A DNA stretch of 64,000 nt from Candidatus Woesearchaeota archaeon (GCA_046704725.1 JBJKRI010000003.1:93758-157757); one strand, 5' to 3'. Counted from the first letter of the stretch, positions 19,807 through 30,488 are shown. Made by a program: numbers and translations. The notes: generated by a model from the letters alone, not told the origin.

Positions 19807-19917
19807 ATCCGCAACAGCAGGTCGTTTATATAGCTGCGTCTCTAGTATCACAGCACGGGCGTGCGTCCCGTTCACTCGCTGGAAAACTCTTTTAACGTTA
19901 CTCACGTTTCAACGATT

Positions 19918-20202
19918 ATGGCGAAATGCACGTTCCTCATGGATGAGCTGACCGTCGAGGTCGAGGATGGCTCTAAGCTTGTCGACGTCGCGCGCGACAG
20001 CGGCTCTTCCATCCCCTTCGGCTGCACGAACGGCTTGTGCGGCACCTGCCTTTCCACGATCCCTTCCGGCATGGAGAACCTGTCCGAGATGCAGAAGCAC
20101 GAGAAGGACACTTTGGAGATGTTCGGCGCCAACGACGGCGAGCACCGGTTGATCTGCCAGTGCCGCCTCCTGAAGGGCGATGTGTCCATCGATAATCCCT
20201 AA
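19918..20202 (+). CDS. 2Fe-2S ferredoxin
   Basis: CTNGLCGTC...CQC plant-type cysteine ligands. Confidence 0.7.
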   Translation: MAKCTFLMDELTVEVEDGSKLVDVARDSGSSIPFGCTNGLCGTCLSTIPSGMENLSEMQKHEKDTLEMFGANDGEHRLICQCRLLKGDVSIDNP

Positions 20203-20226
20203 ATAGGGGCCTTCTCTTCCTCTTCT

Positions 20227-20868
20227 ATGAAGCTGTTCGTCTGGGACCTGCATGGGGTGCTCGAGAAAGGGAACGACGATGCGGTCATCGTGATCTCGAA
20301 CGCTGTGCTTGAGCAGCACGGCTACACGAAGCGTTTCACCATGGCGGATTGCAAACGTCTCAACGGCAAGAAATGGTGGGAGTATTTCGCCGACCTGCTG
20401 CCCGAGGAATCGCACGAGCGCCATCTCGTTTTGCAGGAGGCGTGCTTCGCCTACGACAACGCGCATTTCGAGGAGCTGTTCACCAAGCACATCTTCCCGA
20501 ACGACCACGCGCTCCATGTGCTTCAGACGATCTCACGACAGCACGAGCAGATCCTCATCAGCAACACGAGACCCCGCGCCCTCGAGTTCTACTTGCAGCA
20601 TCTCGGTATCGGAGAGTATTTCGTCGCCGCGCTCGCCGTGGACGCGCACTCGAATCCTGGACGCACCAAGCCGCCCTTGCTCGCGCGGTACTTGGAGGAC
20701 AAGGACTACGACGCGATTGTCATCATCGGCGATTCAGCCAGCGACATGGATCTGCGGTCAGTTGCCGGTGGCAAGACGTATCTCTATTCCCGGCCGGAGA
20801 AGCAGCACCGTGAATGTGAGTCGGACGTGCGCATCACCGATCTGCGCGACGTGCTCAAGGAACTGTGA
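20227..20868 (+). CDS. HAD-superfamily hydrolase
   Basis: MKLFVWDLHGVL motif I DxHG variant, IIGDSASDMD motif IV. Confidence 0.6.
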   Translation: MKLFVWDLHGVLEKGNDDAVIVISNAVLEQHGYTKRFTMADCKRLNGKKWWEYFADLLPEESHERHLVLQEACFAYDNAHFEELFTKHIFPNDHALHVLQTISRQHEQILISNTRPRALEFYLQHLGIGEYFVAALAVDAHSNPGRTKPPLLARYLEDKDYDAIVIIGDSASDMDLRSVAGGKTYLYSRPEKQHRECESDVRITDLRDVLKEL

Positions 20869-20901
20869 ATGGTGCATTGATGGTGTTCCACAAGTCTTTC
20901 T

Positions 20902-21873
20902 CTATCGGAGCATCGCTTCGGGCACGGACACCTCTTTGTGCACGGAAAGGTGCATCTGCAGTTCGTAGTCGAGCAGTTCTTGCGCGAACGTGTCTCGCAG
21001 GTCCTGGAGCACGGTATTGAATTCCTGTCGCGTCCTCGTGTAGATGGTGAGCACGATGTTGTGCCGTCCGACCATGCGCGTGCAGTACGCGACCTCTGGC
21101 CGTGCGTTCGCCCACGCGGCCATCTTCTGTGTCGTCGCGTCGTTCATGCGTTCGAGCTGGAGCTCGACGTGGTATCCTTCGTATCCGAGGGCTTCGGGGT
21201 TGAGCAGGATGGTGTAGCTGTTGATGACGCTTCTCTCGAGCGCTTTGACGCGTTGACGGACGGTCTCAGGGGTCGTGCCGACACTCTCGGCGATATCGGT
21301 CGCTGGCGCGCGGCAGTCCTTCACGAGGATGCGCAGGATGCGCCTGTCCGTCTCATCGAGCGCTTGCGGCGTCCCGTGGAAGTGCACGATCCGCTCGGCG
21401 ACCGGCGCGTTCTTGTCGAGCAGCCCGAGCCGCGTGAACTTGTATTCTGTCGTGTACAACGAGAGGCGGTGCTCCTTGAGCGCGTCGCCCACGATATCCG
21501 TGATATCGCCGACCTGGTGGGCGAGGTCCTCGTTGCTGGTGTAGAAGACGTTGCAGGTGATGTCGAACGTGCCCGAGAGTTCCGCCACCCAGTTCGTGCG
21601 GTCGTGCGCGCAGAGCTGCGCGATGATCTCCGCGCGTCTCTGCTGCGTCGCGCCGCTGAGCTTGAGCATAACGCTCGCCACGCCTTGCGCGAACGCTCCT
21701 TGGTCGACGTGCGTGCGGTACGCGCCGATGACGCCCGCTTCCTCGCACTTTCCCATTGCGTAGCGCACCACGTCTCTGGAGACGGCGCAGCGCTTGGCGA
21801 GCGCGCTGATCGGGAGCCGCGCGTTCTCCAGCAGTGCGGCGAGGATCCGGCGGTCCTTCGCGTTTATTTCCAC
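20902..21873 (-). CDS. tandem Lrp/AsnC family transcriptional regulator (two HTH-AsnC units)
   Basis: two repeats of DRRILAALLENARLPISALAKRCAVS / DRRILRILVKDCRAPATDIAESVG HTH followed by RAM domains. Confidence 0.75.
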   Translation of the reverse strand: MEINAKDRRILAALLENARLPISALAKRCAVSRDVVRYAMGKCEEAGVIGAYRTHVDQGAFAQGVASVMLKLSGATQQRRAEIIAQLCAHDRTNWVAELSGTFDITCNVFYTSNEDLAHQVGDITDIVGDALKEHRLSLYTTEYKFTRLGLLDKNAPVAERIVHFHGTPQALDETDRRILRILVKDCRAPATDIAESVGTTPETVRQRVKALERSVINSYTILLNPEALGYEGYHVELQLERMNDATTQKMAAWANARPEVAYCTRMVGRHNIVLTIYTRTRQEFNTVLQDLRDTFAQELLDYELQMHLSVHKEVSVPEAMLR

Positions 21874-21909
21874 AATAGTTGGTACTGAATCGCTTGTATA
21901 TAGAGTATT

Positions 21910-23025
21910 GTGGAAAATATCAGGGATTGTTTTGTATATCGTAAAGTATGCTATTTGTTAGTGGTTACAATTCCTGTGTTGGATGCGGCCGCGCGGTACG
22001 CGAGCGGCCTGGATCTCTCGAAGACCGTGCTCATCGCATCGCAGCACGTGCTGGAGACGAACCGGACGCTCTTTGCGTACCTGCTGCGCGCGGGTCTGCA
22101 TCCGGAGAACACACACCTCATCGGGAAAGCCTACTCCGCGAACAATGCCGTCGCAAGACGCTTCGACGCGATGGGCATCGACACGCGCATCGTTCCGTTC
22201 GACAGCCACGAAGCCTATGCGCAGACGTTCGGGCGTGCGACGGGCCCGTTCCTCGACGATGTCCTCGAGCGGCATCCCGATGCGGAGCGCTACGTCATCC
22301 TCGAAGACGGAGGGCACCTGCTCTCGCGGATGAATGCTCGTCCGCAGCGCGCTCGGGCGGTCGGTGTCGAGCAGACCTCTTCGGGGCATCACCTGCTCGC
22401 AGGATTGGATCTCGGTTTCCCGGTCGTCAGCGTGGCGCGCTCGGACGCGAAGCTCCTGTACGAGAGCCCTTCGATCGCGAAATCCGCATTGGAAGCGACG
22501 AAGCGAGCCGTCGACACGGATGGTCGCGAGGTCTTGGTCATCGGTGGAGGGGCGATCGGTCAAGCGATCGCTGCCGAGCATCCGGGAAGCATCGTATACG
22601 ACATCTCCGACGCGGGGCTCTTGGAGGATATGCTCTCCTCGCACGACCTCATCTATGGCTGCACGGGAAAACCCTCTGTCCCGCGCGAGCTGCACGAGTA
22701 CATGCGAGCGGGCACTGTGCTCGCGAGCGTCTCCTCGCACGATTACGAGTTCGACGCCGTGGCGATGCGCCGGCAGCACGGACGCACCGACGACCCGCAC
22801 AAGCGGTACGTCACCAATGGGGTCGAGCTGCTCAACGCCGGCTTCCCGGTCAACTTCACCGGTGAGGAGAACAGCGTCCCGCTCGAGGATATCCAGCTCA
22901 CGCTCGGTCTGTTGTACGGCGGCGTCGCCCAAGCGACGCGCGAGCGCGTTCCGGGATTGCGGCCGTTGGACCCGCAGCTTCAGAGACGCTGTTTGCGCGT
23001 ATGGAGGGCTGATCATGGATACTGA
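21910..23025 (+). CDS. Rossmann-fold NAD-binding protein, adenosylhomocysteinase-like
   Basis: VLVIGGGAIGQAIAAE...DISDAGLLEDMLSSHDLIYGCTGKP resembles AdoHcyase NAD domain; true start probably GTG near 21960 after TATA ttgtatatcg. Confidence 0.35.
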   Translation: MENIRDCFVYRKVCYLLVVTIPVLDAAARYASGLDLSKTVLIASQHVLETNRTLFAYLLRAGLHPENTHLIGKAYSANNAVARRFDAMGIDTRIVPFDSHEAYAQTFGRATGPFLDDVLERHPDAERYVILEDGGHLLSRMNARPQRARAVGVEQTSSGHHLLAGLDLGFPVVSVARSDAKLLYESPSIAKSALEATKRAVDTDGREVLVIGGGAIGQAIAAEHPGSIVYDISDAGLLEDMLSSHDLIYGCTGKPSVPRELHEYMRAGTVLASVSSHDYEFDAVAMRRQHGRTDDPHKRYVTNGVELLNAGFPVNFTGEENSVPLEDIQLTLGLLYGGVAQATRERVPGLRPLDPQLQRRCLRVWRADHGY

Positions 23026-23104
23026 CTCGCTGCGGGAATTGTATGCGGAGTGGTCACGCTTCTACGATGTGGGGCGTAATTCCGCAGTCGTGCCGATACG
23101 GTCT

Positions 23105-23892
23105 TCACTGCGGTCTGCCGATTCCGCGCACCGCCTTCCTGAGTGCCGCTTGCGTCTCCCCATCCACTGCCAACACCCCTTCTTCTGCTTTCTCCCCTAT
23201 TTCTTTGCTCAACGGTATCCGGCAGATGAACGGCAGTCCCAATTCCTTGGCCACTTCTTCTGCCCCTCCTTGCCCGAACACGTCGCCGCTCATGTTCTCG
23301 ATCACCCCATAGACACGCACGCCGAGCTTCTTCGCCATGGCCGCCGCTCGCTTCAGGTCGCCGAGCGCCGAGCGCGACGGCGTGCTCACCAAGATGACGC
23401 CGGTGAGGTTCGCGACCTGCATCGCCGACAAGGGCACGTCCGACGTGCCCGGCGGAAAGTCGATGACCAGCGCGTCGAGCGCTCCCCAGTCCGTCTTCTC
23501 GATGAAGTCGGTGAGCAACCGGTGCTTGATGGGTCCGCGGATGATGAGTGGCTCTCCCTCGTCCTGCATGAAGCCCGTGCTCACGACCTTCACTCCCTCG
23601 TGCAGGATCGGCCGGAGTTTGCCGCTCTCGGTGACGTGCAGCTCGGCCTTCTCGTTCAGCGCTGTGGGGATGTTCGGGCAGTCCACGTCCGCATCCAAGA
23701 GCCCGACGCTCTTTCCCGCGTCCTGTAGCGCCAATGCGAGCTGCACGGACAAGAAGGTCTTTCCCACGCCGCCCTTTCCCGCGTGCACCCCGACGCGCAC
23801 CGGGATATCTTTCACGGATTCAAGCAATCGCTCCTTCTCCTGCGTGATCGGGTCCTTCTCGGCCTCGGGAGTGTATTGCGGCAGCGCCATGC
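23105..23892 (-). CDS. Mrp/NBP35 family iron-sulfur cluster carrier ATPase (ApbC)
   Basis: VGVHAGKGGVGKTFLSVQLALAL deviant Walker A, CPNIP..., start chosen at MALPQYTPEAEKD with TATA gcgatataagg upstream. Confidence 0.8.
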
Positions 23893-23965
23893 GTATCGGA
23901 ATTTCTAGCGCCTTATATCGCTTTTCGGGCGAAAGGCATATATTTCGCCCTTCGACCGTAGCGTC

Positions 23966-24682
23966 ATGACTCTTGATTCTGCTCTCGCGGAGTTCAAGCG
24001 TGCGGAGGACTGGCGCCAGCGCGTGGTCCAGCAGACCGTTAGTGAAGCGAGGATGCTTGAGGAGCGACGACGGAAGGCTGATGGGTATGCCGTAACATGC
24101 AAGCGGGAGGTCGAAAAAGAGCTTCTCAAACAGCCTGCGGGCGCTGGACGCGTCTTGTACTTCCATGCGACTGGGGAGCTCGCCGATGATGATACTGCAC
24201 AGGCATACGATATGATGATCCAGCGCGCGGCCATGCCGAACGACATGCTGTTGTTCGGTGTCCTTGGCCGTACTTTCGACGACTTATCTCTGGTGGCCGC
24301 GTATATCGCGAGGACCTCCGTCGATTTTCTCCGCACACCGTTCATCCTCCCGCCTGAGCGGACACGCGTCGTGTGTTACCGTCATTCGCGGCCGATGTTG
24401 AACGGGCTTTCTATACTGTTCGAGCGCAATCCACAGGTCTTCTCGAATATCGACACTACCGAAGTCTGTAAGTCGCGATTGCGTTTCTCCTATGTTCCCG
24501 GCAATCCACAATCGGAACGGCACTCGGATGTCGTCATCGGGAGAGGGGCTGTCGCGAGCTATCTCCTGGAGCATGGTCTTGGCAAGTATTTCAACCGCGC
24601 GTTCAAGGAACTGTTCCCGAAAGAGAGCGGAGGCTTCCGGGAGATGTTCAATGGTTTTCTCACTCTAGCCACCGGTCTCTAG
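23966..24682 (+). CDS. hypothetical protein
   Basis: 238-aa ORF, TATA gcatatattt 25 nt upstream. Confidence 0.4.
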   Translation: MTLDSALAEFKRAEDWRQRVVQQTVSEARMLEERRRKADGYAVTCKREVEKELLKQPAGAGRVLYFHATGELADDDTAQAYDMMIQRAAMPNDMLLFGVLGRTFDDLSLVAAYIARTSVDFLRTPFILPPERTRVVCYRHSRPMLNGLSILFERNPQVFSNIDTTEVCKSRLRFSYVPGNPQSERHSDVVIGRGAVASYLLEHGLGKYFNRAFKELFPKESGGFREMFNGFLTLATGL

Positions 24683-25335
24683 CGATTTGGCACATTGAAC
24701 GCTGACGGACAGATCTTCGACAATGCGCACTTCTCGCATTCGGGCTTCCGCGCGTGGCATACGGCGCGGCCATGCTGGATGAGCAGGTCGCCCCACTCCA
24801 GCCAGTACTCCTTCGGCAGGAGCCGCATCATTGTCCTCTCTCCGACGATCGCGTCCTTTTTCTCGATGAAGCCGAGGCGCATCGTCACGCGCTGGATGTG
24901 CGTGTCCATGACGATGCCGTGCCGCGCCCCCTTCCAGACCTGCAGCACGACGTTCGCCGTCTTCCGGCCGACGCCGGGCAGCGCGACGAGCTCTGACATC
25001 GTCTCGGGCACGCGACCGTCGTGCTCATCCACGACGGCTTTCGCGCATGCTTGCAGGTTCTTCGCCTTGCTCTTGTAGTATCCTGTGCTGTACACGAGCC
25101 GCTCGATCGCTTCTCGCGGAGCGCCCGCCACGGCTTTGGGCGTCGGATACGCCTTGAACAGCGCGGGAGTCACGCGATTGACGTTGTCGTCCGTGGTCTG
25201 CGCCGACAGCATGACCGCTACCAGCAATTCCCACGGTCTTTTCCAGCGCAGCTTGGTGCCGTGGATACTGTACTCGCGGGAGAGGATGCCGATGACGTCT
25301 TCCGCTCGCTTCCGCAAGGCTTTCTCGCTCGCCAC
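24679..25335 (-). CDS. nth: endonuclease III (HhH-GPD, 4Fe-4S)
   Basis: LPGVGRKTANVVL HhH motif, C-terminal CX6CX2CX5C cluster. Confidence 0.85.
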   Translation of the reverse strand: MASEKALRKRAEDVIGILSREYSIHGTKLRWKRPWELLVAVMLSAQTTDDNVNRVTPALFKAYPTPKAVAGAPREAIERLVYSTGYYKSKAKNLQACAKAVVDEHDGRVPETMSELVALPGVGRKTANVVLQVWKGARHGIVMDTHIQRVTMRLGFIEKKDAIVGERTMMRLLPKEYWLEWGDLLIQHGRAVCHARKPECEKCALSKICPSAFNVPNR

Positions 25336-25427
25336 CTACAGACCACCGCGCGTCCCTTTATCGGTGTTTCGCAATCCCTGGCAGTTTCGTGCAGAACGCT
25401 TTTATACGGCCACGATATGGCTTCTCT

Positions 25428-26033
25428 ATGACAGAGAAACTTCCGGATTTACCCTACGCCTACGACGCGCTCCAACCGTCCATCGACGAGAAGACGATGC
25501 ACCTGCATCACGACAAGCACCACGCAGGTTACGTCAAGAAGTACAACGCCGCAGTGGAAGGCACTCCGTTCGCGGACATGCCCGTCGATGCGGTGCTCGC
25601 CAAGCTCGACGAGGTGCCCGAGGATATCCGCACGGCCGTGCGCAACAACGGCGGCGGCGCTTCCAACCACGCCAAGTTCTGGCTGTGGATGACGCCCGAT
25701 AGCACGAGCCCCAAGGGCGATGTGCTCGACGCCATCCAGGAGGCTTTCGGCGGCTTCGAGGACTTCCAGGCAGCGTTCAAGAAGGCTGCATTGACACGTT
25801 TCGGCAGCGGATGGGCGTGGCTCGTCGTCAAGGACGGCAAGCTCTCCATCACGAGCACCCCGAACCAGGACACGCCGATCAGCCAGGGTCTGACGCCGAT
25901 CCTCGGTTTGGATGTCTGGGAGCACGCCTACTACATCCACTACGGCCCCGGACGCGGCGATTACATCGACGCGTGGTGGAACGTGGTGAACTGGGAGCAG
26001 GTGGCAAAGGACCTCGCCGCGGCGAAGAAGTAG
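25428..26033 (+). CDS. sod: Fe/Mn superoxide dismutase
   Basis: LPDLPYAYDALQPSIDEKTMHLHHDKHH...DVWEHAYY. Confidence 0.9.
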   Translation: MTEKLPDLPYAYDALQPSIDEKTMHLHHDKHHAGYVKKYNAAVEGTPFADMPVDAVLAKLDEVPEDIRTAVRNNGGGASNHAKFWLWMTPDSTSPKGDVLDAIQEAFGGFEDFQAAFKKAALTRFGSGWAWLVVKDGKLSITSTPNQDTPISQGLTPILGLDVWEHAYYIHYGPGRGDYIDAWWNVVNWEQVAKDLAAAKK

Positions 26034-26037
26034 TTGT

Positions 26038-26532
26038 TCAGGCCAGGTCCTCTCGCAGCAGGACGAAATGCCTGTAGCCCGACCCTTCCGAGTGGTAGGT
26101 GAAGCCGAGCCGCTTGATGAGCTCTTGGGAGCGGATGTTCTCCTCCTTCGCGCTCGCGACGATGTGCGTGAGGCGGAGTCTCCTGAAGGCCTCGCCGATG
26201 ACGAGCTCGAGCGCTTCTTGCGCGTAGCCGTTCCCCCAGTAGGCCCTCCCGAGCCATGTCCCGATGTCGGCGCGCCCGTTCCCGATGTTGAGCAATGACG
26301 CGACCCCGATCGGCCGTTCCGCGTGGATGACGTAGCTCGCGTCCGTCCCTGCCCTGAAGCGCTCGCGCACGTCGGCTATCCAGCCTGCCGTGTCCTCCGG
26401 TCCTTTGGGCTTGGGGATGTTGGTATGCTCGATGACCTCATCCTCTAGCAGCCCGTAGAGGTCCGCGGCGTCGCCGGGCCCCGGGAGAGCTAGCGTGATG
26501 CGCTTTCCATGGATGCGTTGGGGGAGTCTCAT
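26038..26532 (-). CDS. GNAT family N-acetyltransferase (RimL-like)
   Basis: WGNGYAQEALELVIGEAF acetyl-CoA binding motif. Confidence 0.65.
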   Translation of the reverse strand: MRLPQRIHGKRITLALPGPGDAADLYGLLEDEVIEHTNIPKPKGPEDTAGWIADVRERFRAGTDASYVIHAERPIGVASLLNIGNGRADIGTWLGRAYWGNGYAQEALELVIGEAFRRLRLTHIVASAKEENIRSQELIKRLGFTYHSEGSGYRHFVLLREDLA

Positions 26533-26553
26533 ACCGCCACACAGTCTGCAGGA

Positions 26554-27117
26554 TTAGGCAGAATCATTCTTATCCTCACGCGGAGCCACGAGATTTTTCA
26601 GGTACTTTTGAGGATTGAACCTGAATACTAATCCTTCCGCTCGTTCCGGCAACTCGCTGTAAAGCACTTCCACGAAGTCCGGTTCATGAGCGACATATTC
26701 ACGTTGTGCACCCGAACCCAAATGCCTCTTTATTAGATGCCGAATGTATTCATTCACGCTTTTCCTGAGCTCCATCGCATCAAGGATACAGAGAAGCAAT
26801 CCAGGATGGAGGGACAAGTCCCCCTGTGTGAACACATCTTGCGCAATCATCGTCTGTGGAGCGGGATCGTAACTTATCCTATCATCGAAGTCTTTCAACG
26901 GGCTGTTGAAGTATATCTTTAGAAGCCCTTGTGACCATGGTAGCTCGCCTTTGCGGAAAGCCGCGAGAAGGAAGTATTCGGCGAGGACAATGAACATGGC
27001 AGGAGAGTCTGCTTCCTTGCGTAACTGTGCAATGAGCTCTTCTTGTGGTGTTGGTGCCGATTGATACTGTTCATACAGCTCGTTCGCAACTCTGGTGATA
27101 TCGCCTTTGATTGTCAT
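26554..27117 (-). CDS. hypothetical protein
   Basis: 187-aa ORF, lower-GC codon usage. Confidence 0.4.
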   Translation of the reverse strand: MTIKGDITRVANELYEQYQSAPTPQEELIAQLRKEADSPAMFIVLAEYFLLAAFRKGELPWSQGLLKIYFNSPLKDFDDRISYDPAPQTMIAQDVFTQGDLSLHPGLLLCILDAMELRKSVNEYIRHLIKRHLGSGAQREYVAHEPDFVEVLYSELPERAEGLVFRFNPQKYLKNLVAPREDKNDSA

Positions 27118-27162
27118 GTTTCCTCCGATTCACATGAAAAGAGAAAGATAAATGCTTGCTCT

Positions 27163-27495
27163 CTAGAGGGGGAACAAGTCGATGTGATGGGCGTCTCCAA
27201 GGATGGTCCTGCGGCTCGAACCGACCACATCGTAGTTCAGATGAAAGTCGGGGTCTTGGCTCGCGTCGAAACGTTCTTGGAGGCGTCCATATCGCTCAAT
27301 CAACTGTCCTGGAGAGATCAACTCCGGAGCGGTGCGATTCATCCAGTCGTCTCCTGGAAGCGTCGGAGCAGCCCCTCCGGCCATGCCGCCGATGATGGGG
27401 TCGAATATGACTGGCTGTGGCGTGTACAGCGCGGTCGTTCCCATCCGGTACGCGTCTATGTGTGTCGGTGCTTGCAACAATTGTTCCAATGCCAT
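27163..27495 (-). CDS. hypothetical protein
   Basis: 110-aa ORF. Confidence 0.3.
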   Translation of the reverse strand: MALEQLLQAPTHIDAYRMGTTALYTPQPVIFDPIIGGMAGGAAPTLPGDDWMNRTAPELISPGQLIERYGRLQERFDASQDPDFHLNYDVVGSSRRTILGDAHHIDLFPL

Positions 27496-27684
27496 TTTGT
27501 GTTCTCCCTCCTGCAGAGCTCACGCTATGTTGGTCGTTCTCACGCCCGTTTCTCGCGGACGGTCTGCAGGAGTGTCAGTGTTGATGCGGTGACGTGTCGT
27601 GGGGTTCTGTCGATTCCGTCAGGTTTATTTCGAGTCTTGTCGCAGCGGCGAACGCTTTGGGTTGTGGTTTTTGGTTGTTCATAT

Positions 27685-29118
27685 CTACAGGTCAACAGAG
27701 GACATGGGCAGGCCATTGTCCGTGATTGTAGGCCCTGTCCCTGAGTTCCAGCGGGCTATGGGCGGCGGGTGTGCGTCGTTGGGATTCCAAGGCCCGGGTA
27801 ACGGTCTTGGCGATGGTCCGTTTAAGTCTGGAATCCAAAACAATAGCCTTGGTGGGACTGGCACTGGACCGTAGTATGGCTCTGGTATGATGAATTCGTT
27901 TGGGTGTGGTCTTGGTAGCCATGGATTGAACGGGTCTGGTGTTGGCTCTGGGTCTGGTCCGAATGGGTGTGGCCCGATGGGCGGCTCTGGGTCTGGTCCT
28001 GGGAATGGTGCTATGTATGGCCTGTAGTTAGGTACTGGCGTATACAGCGCGGCCTCATGGCCAAGGTACGCTTCGACGTCATCGCGTGTGAGGAGCTTCG
28101 TGCCTTCCCGTAGCGCTGCCGCTTGCGCGCGGAAGCTCTGTGTATAGCCGTCGGCCACGCGCTGCAGCGACGGCACGAGCTTGTCGCGGAACTCGCTGTT
28201 GCGCTGCGCGCTGCGTTCGTTCTGCGCGATGGCGTCCTCGGTGATGTCGGCGTCCAGCGCGCGTTCCCGAAGCCTTCCGAACGCGTTCTCCGGATCATAT
28301 ACAGCGCGTCCTTCGAAGAGCGTGGAGAGCGCGGCGATATCGAGGTTATCCACGTCAGCTTCCAGTTGCCGTGCGTTGTATTCCCCGACGTCGAGCCAAC
28401 CGGTGTTCCAGTTTCTCGGCGCTCCGTTATGCACGACGTAGAGGTCGAGGTCGTGGCCCGGAAGCTCGCTTCCGGAGACGACGACCATGGAGATGTCGCT
28501 GAATCGCGCGCCATAGACGTTCCGAAGCAACTGTACGACATCCTTGTCAGGCACCTCCACAGGGAATCCGAGCTGCCGCAGGAAGCCTTTCCTCGTGAGC
28601 GCTCCTTCCGTCTTCGCGGCGTACGCCCAGAGTTCTTGCGCTTCTTGCGGGATCGCATCGAGCTTCCGTCTCCAGGCGTCCCCGTTCCCGGTTGCGTCGC
28701 TCAGGAATCCTTCGGTCCAGAGGGCGAATCCCTCGTATGCCACGATGCGTGGCCCGGAAAGTCCGGTCTCCTCGCGACCTTTCCATTCTTGCAGGTACGC
28801 GTCGCCAGCTCCTTCCCGAGCGCGTTCGACCAGCGTCTTTCCGGAACTGCTGTGTTCGCAGAACAGTCCGTGCCCGAAGAGTTCGTGGAAGGCGTTCGGG
28901 ATTATCCTGGGGCTCGGACGGACGTATCCTTTGAGGACGGACGGCACGAAGAGGCCTTCGCCCGACAAGGTCAGATTGGGGAACGCTGCATGGTTCTGCT
29001 CCACGAACGCCTTCCACTGGGTCTCGTCGTATGGGGTGAGCGTGCTTTGTTCCACCTCGAACCCCAGCTCGGTCTTCGCGACCTGCTGGCCTTCCACCAA
29101 GGCGGTTTGAAGGTTCAA
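27685..29118 (-). CDS. hypothetical protein with nucleotidyltransferase-like GS...DxD motif and Pro-rich C-terminal tail
   Basis: VVSGSELPGHDLDLYVV resembles minimal pol-beta NTase motif; C-terminal PxP repeats (PGPDPEPPIGPHPFGPDPEPTPDP). Confidence 0.35.
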   Translation of the reverse strand: MNLQTALVEGQQVAKTELGFEVEQSTLTPYDETQWKAFVEQNHAAFPNLTLSGEGLFVPSVLKGYVRPSPRIIPNAFHELFGHGLFCEHSSSGKTLVERAREGAGDAYLQEWKGREETGLSGPRIVAYEGFALWTEGFLSDATGNGDAWRRKLDAIPQEAQELWAYAAKTEGALTRKGFLRQLGFPVEVPDKDVVQLLRNVYGARFSDISMVVVSGSELPGHDLDLYVVHNGAPRNWNTGWLDVGEYNARQLEADVDNLDIAALSTLFEGRAVYDPENAFGRLRERALDADITEDAIAQNERSAQRNSEFRDKLVPSLQRVADGYTQSFRAQAAALREGTKLLTRDDVEAYLGHEAALYTPVPNYRPYIAPFPGPDPEPPIGPHPFGPDPEPTPDPFNPWLPRPHPNEFIIPEPYYGPVPVPPRLLFWIPDLNGPSPRPLPGPWNPNDAHPPPIARWNSGTGPTITDNGLPMSSVDL

Positions 29119-29375
29119 TGTAATCCGTGGTATGTCATTGCCATCGTCGGTGCGATTATCGGGAGCTCGTTATAGGTCCTTCCTGGCGCTACGTGCCGTC
29201 CGGTGTTGTATGCGGTCGGGCACTCGACGCTTTGCGGTCTCCATTCTTTCTCCGGCGCTGGGACCGGGATCCATGCCGGCAGCTCGTCCGTCTGTCTCGG
29301 TGGCGGCAGTAGCGCAACGCCGACCTCTTCTATCGGATTCGTGAACGGTGTAGCGTACGGTTGTTGGGTGAACAT
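29115..29375 (-). CDS. small Pro-rich hypothetical protein
   Basis: 86 aa, ATGA overlap with downstream gene. Confidence 0.25.
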   Translation of the reverse strand: MFTQQPYATPFTNPIEEVGVALLPPPRQTDELPAWIPVPAPEKEWRPQSVECPTAYNTGRHVAPGRTYNELPIIAPTMAMTYHGLH

Positions 29376-29528
29376 CGTTTTTCGCTCTCCGGGGAAGCAG
29401 AGCTACAGCTACGCTGTTCCACTGGTGTGCCTACTCCCCCCACTCTCTTGGGTGTTGCAGTGACTTGGGGAAACTTAGATATAGACGTAATCACCATATT
29501 TTTATACGAGTACATACTATACATACTC

Positions 29529-30488
29529 ATGTCTCGCCGCAAGCTCGTCCGTTCGGGGAGCACGAGCTACACGCTCTCTATCCCCATAGATTGGGTGCGC
29601 AAGAACGGTCTGCAGGCCGGCGACGAGGTCGTCGTCACCGAATCGCCGCGCGGCGGCCTCCGCGTGGAGACCGGCGACTCCCCTCACACGACGGAGAAGA
29701 CCGTGTTGGATCTCGATGTGGACGAATTGAACGACGAGGAGATCGAGACGCGTCTCTTGCTCGCGTACATCCACGATGTGGATGCTATCAATATCAAGGG
29801 TTCGCAGCTCGGCCGGCGCATCCCGGCGTTGACGGCGATCTCCCAGAACCTGATAGGATTCGACATAATGGACCAGTCCGCCGACTACCTCAAGATCAAG
29901 GACTTCTTCCATCTCGATGATGAGACTCGGCCGCAAGCCATCATCCATAAGATGACGGTCATCAATCGGGCCGCGTTCGATGCCATCATCGCGGCTTTCA
30001 AGGAGGGCGCGGGAAAGGAGCTCCTCTACGATATCGAACAATACCGTGACCAGAACAAGAAGCTGTCGAGCGTGGCGCAAAAGAGCATGTTCACCCTGCT
30101 CGACGATCCGCAGCGGATGCGCGAGTTCCAGCTGGACGCCCTCCAGATCGTCAAGCTCACCATGCACACCCAGGCGTATAGGCGCATAGCGACGCGTCTC
30201 GCGCATCTGGCGCAGGCGCTCACATTTATCGATTACGGGACCGACGAGACGAAGGCCATTCAGCGACTGTTCAGGCGCACCCGGAACGACCACGACGAAT
30301 TGCTCGTCCTCATCGCCCACAGCGATCGGGAGGGGCTCATGCGTTTCCTCGTCGATTCGCGGCAGCACGAGCGTCGTTTCCGCGACGCGATCGTGCGCAC
30401 AGAGGACATGTTCCACGCGCGTGTTGTGGACTACATGCAAATCATCTACTCGAACCTTCAGGAAGCGGCCTTCACCGCCCTACTTTAG
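29529..30488 (+). CDS. AbrB/SpoVT-domain + PhoU-like regulator
   Basis: MSRRKLVRSGSTSYTLSIPIDWVRKNGLQAGDEVVV swapped-hairpin AbrB N-domain, helical PhoU-like remainder; TATA atatttttatacg 25 nt upstream. Confidence 0.55.
   Translation: MSRRKLVRSGSTSYTLSIPIDWVRKNGLQAGDEVVVTESPRGGLRVETGDSPHTTEKTVLDLDVDELNDEEIETRLLLAYIHDVDAINIKGSQLGRRIPALTAISQNLIGFDIMDQSADYLKIKDFFHLDDETRPQAIIHKMTVINRAAFDAIIAAFKEGAGKELLYDIEQYRDQNKKLSSVAQKSMFTLLDDPQRMREFQLDALQIVKLTMHTQAYRRIATRLAHLAQALTFIDYGTDETKAIQRLFRRTRNDHDELLVLIAHSDREGLMRFLVDSRQHERRFRDAIVRTEDMFHARVVDYMQIIYSNLQEAAFTALL

Noticed and set aside
21958-23016. 352-aa minus ORF and 22334..23728 plus ORF
   Set aside because: Alternative frames of the AdoHcyase-like gene and the Mrp gene; Arg-rich artefacts.
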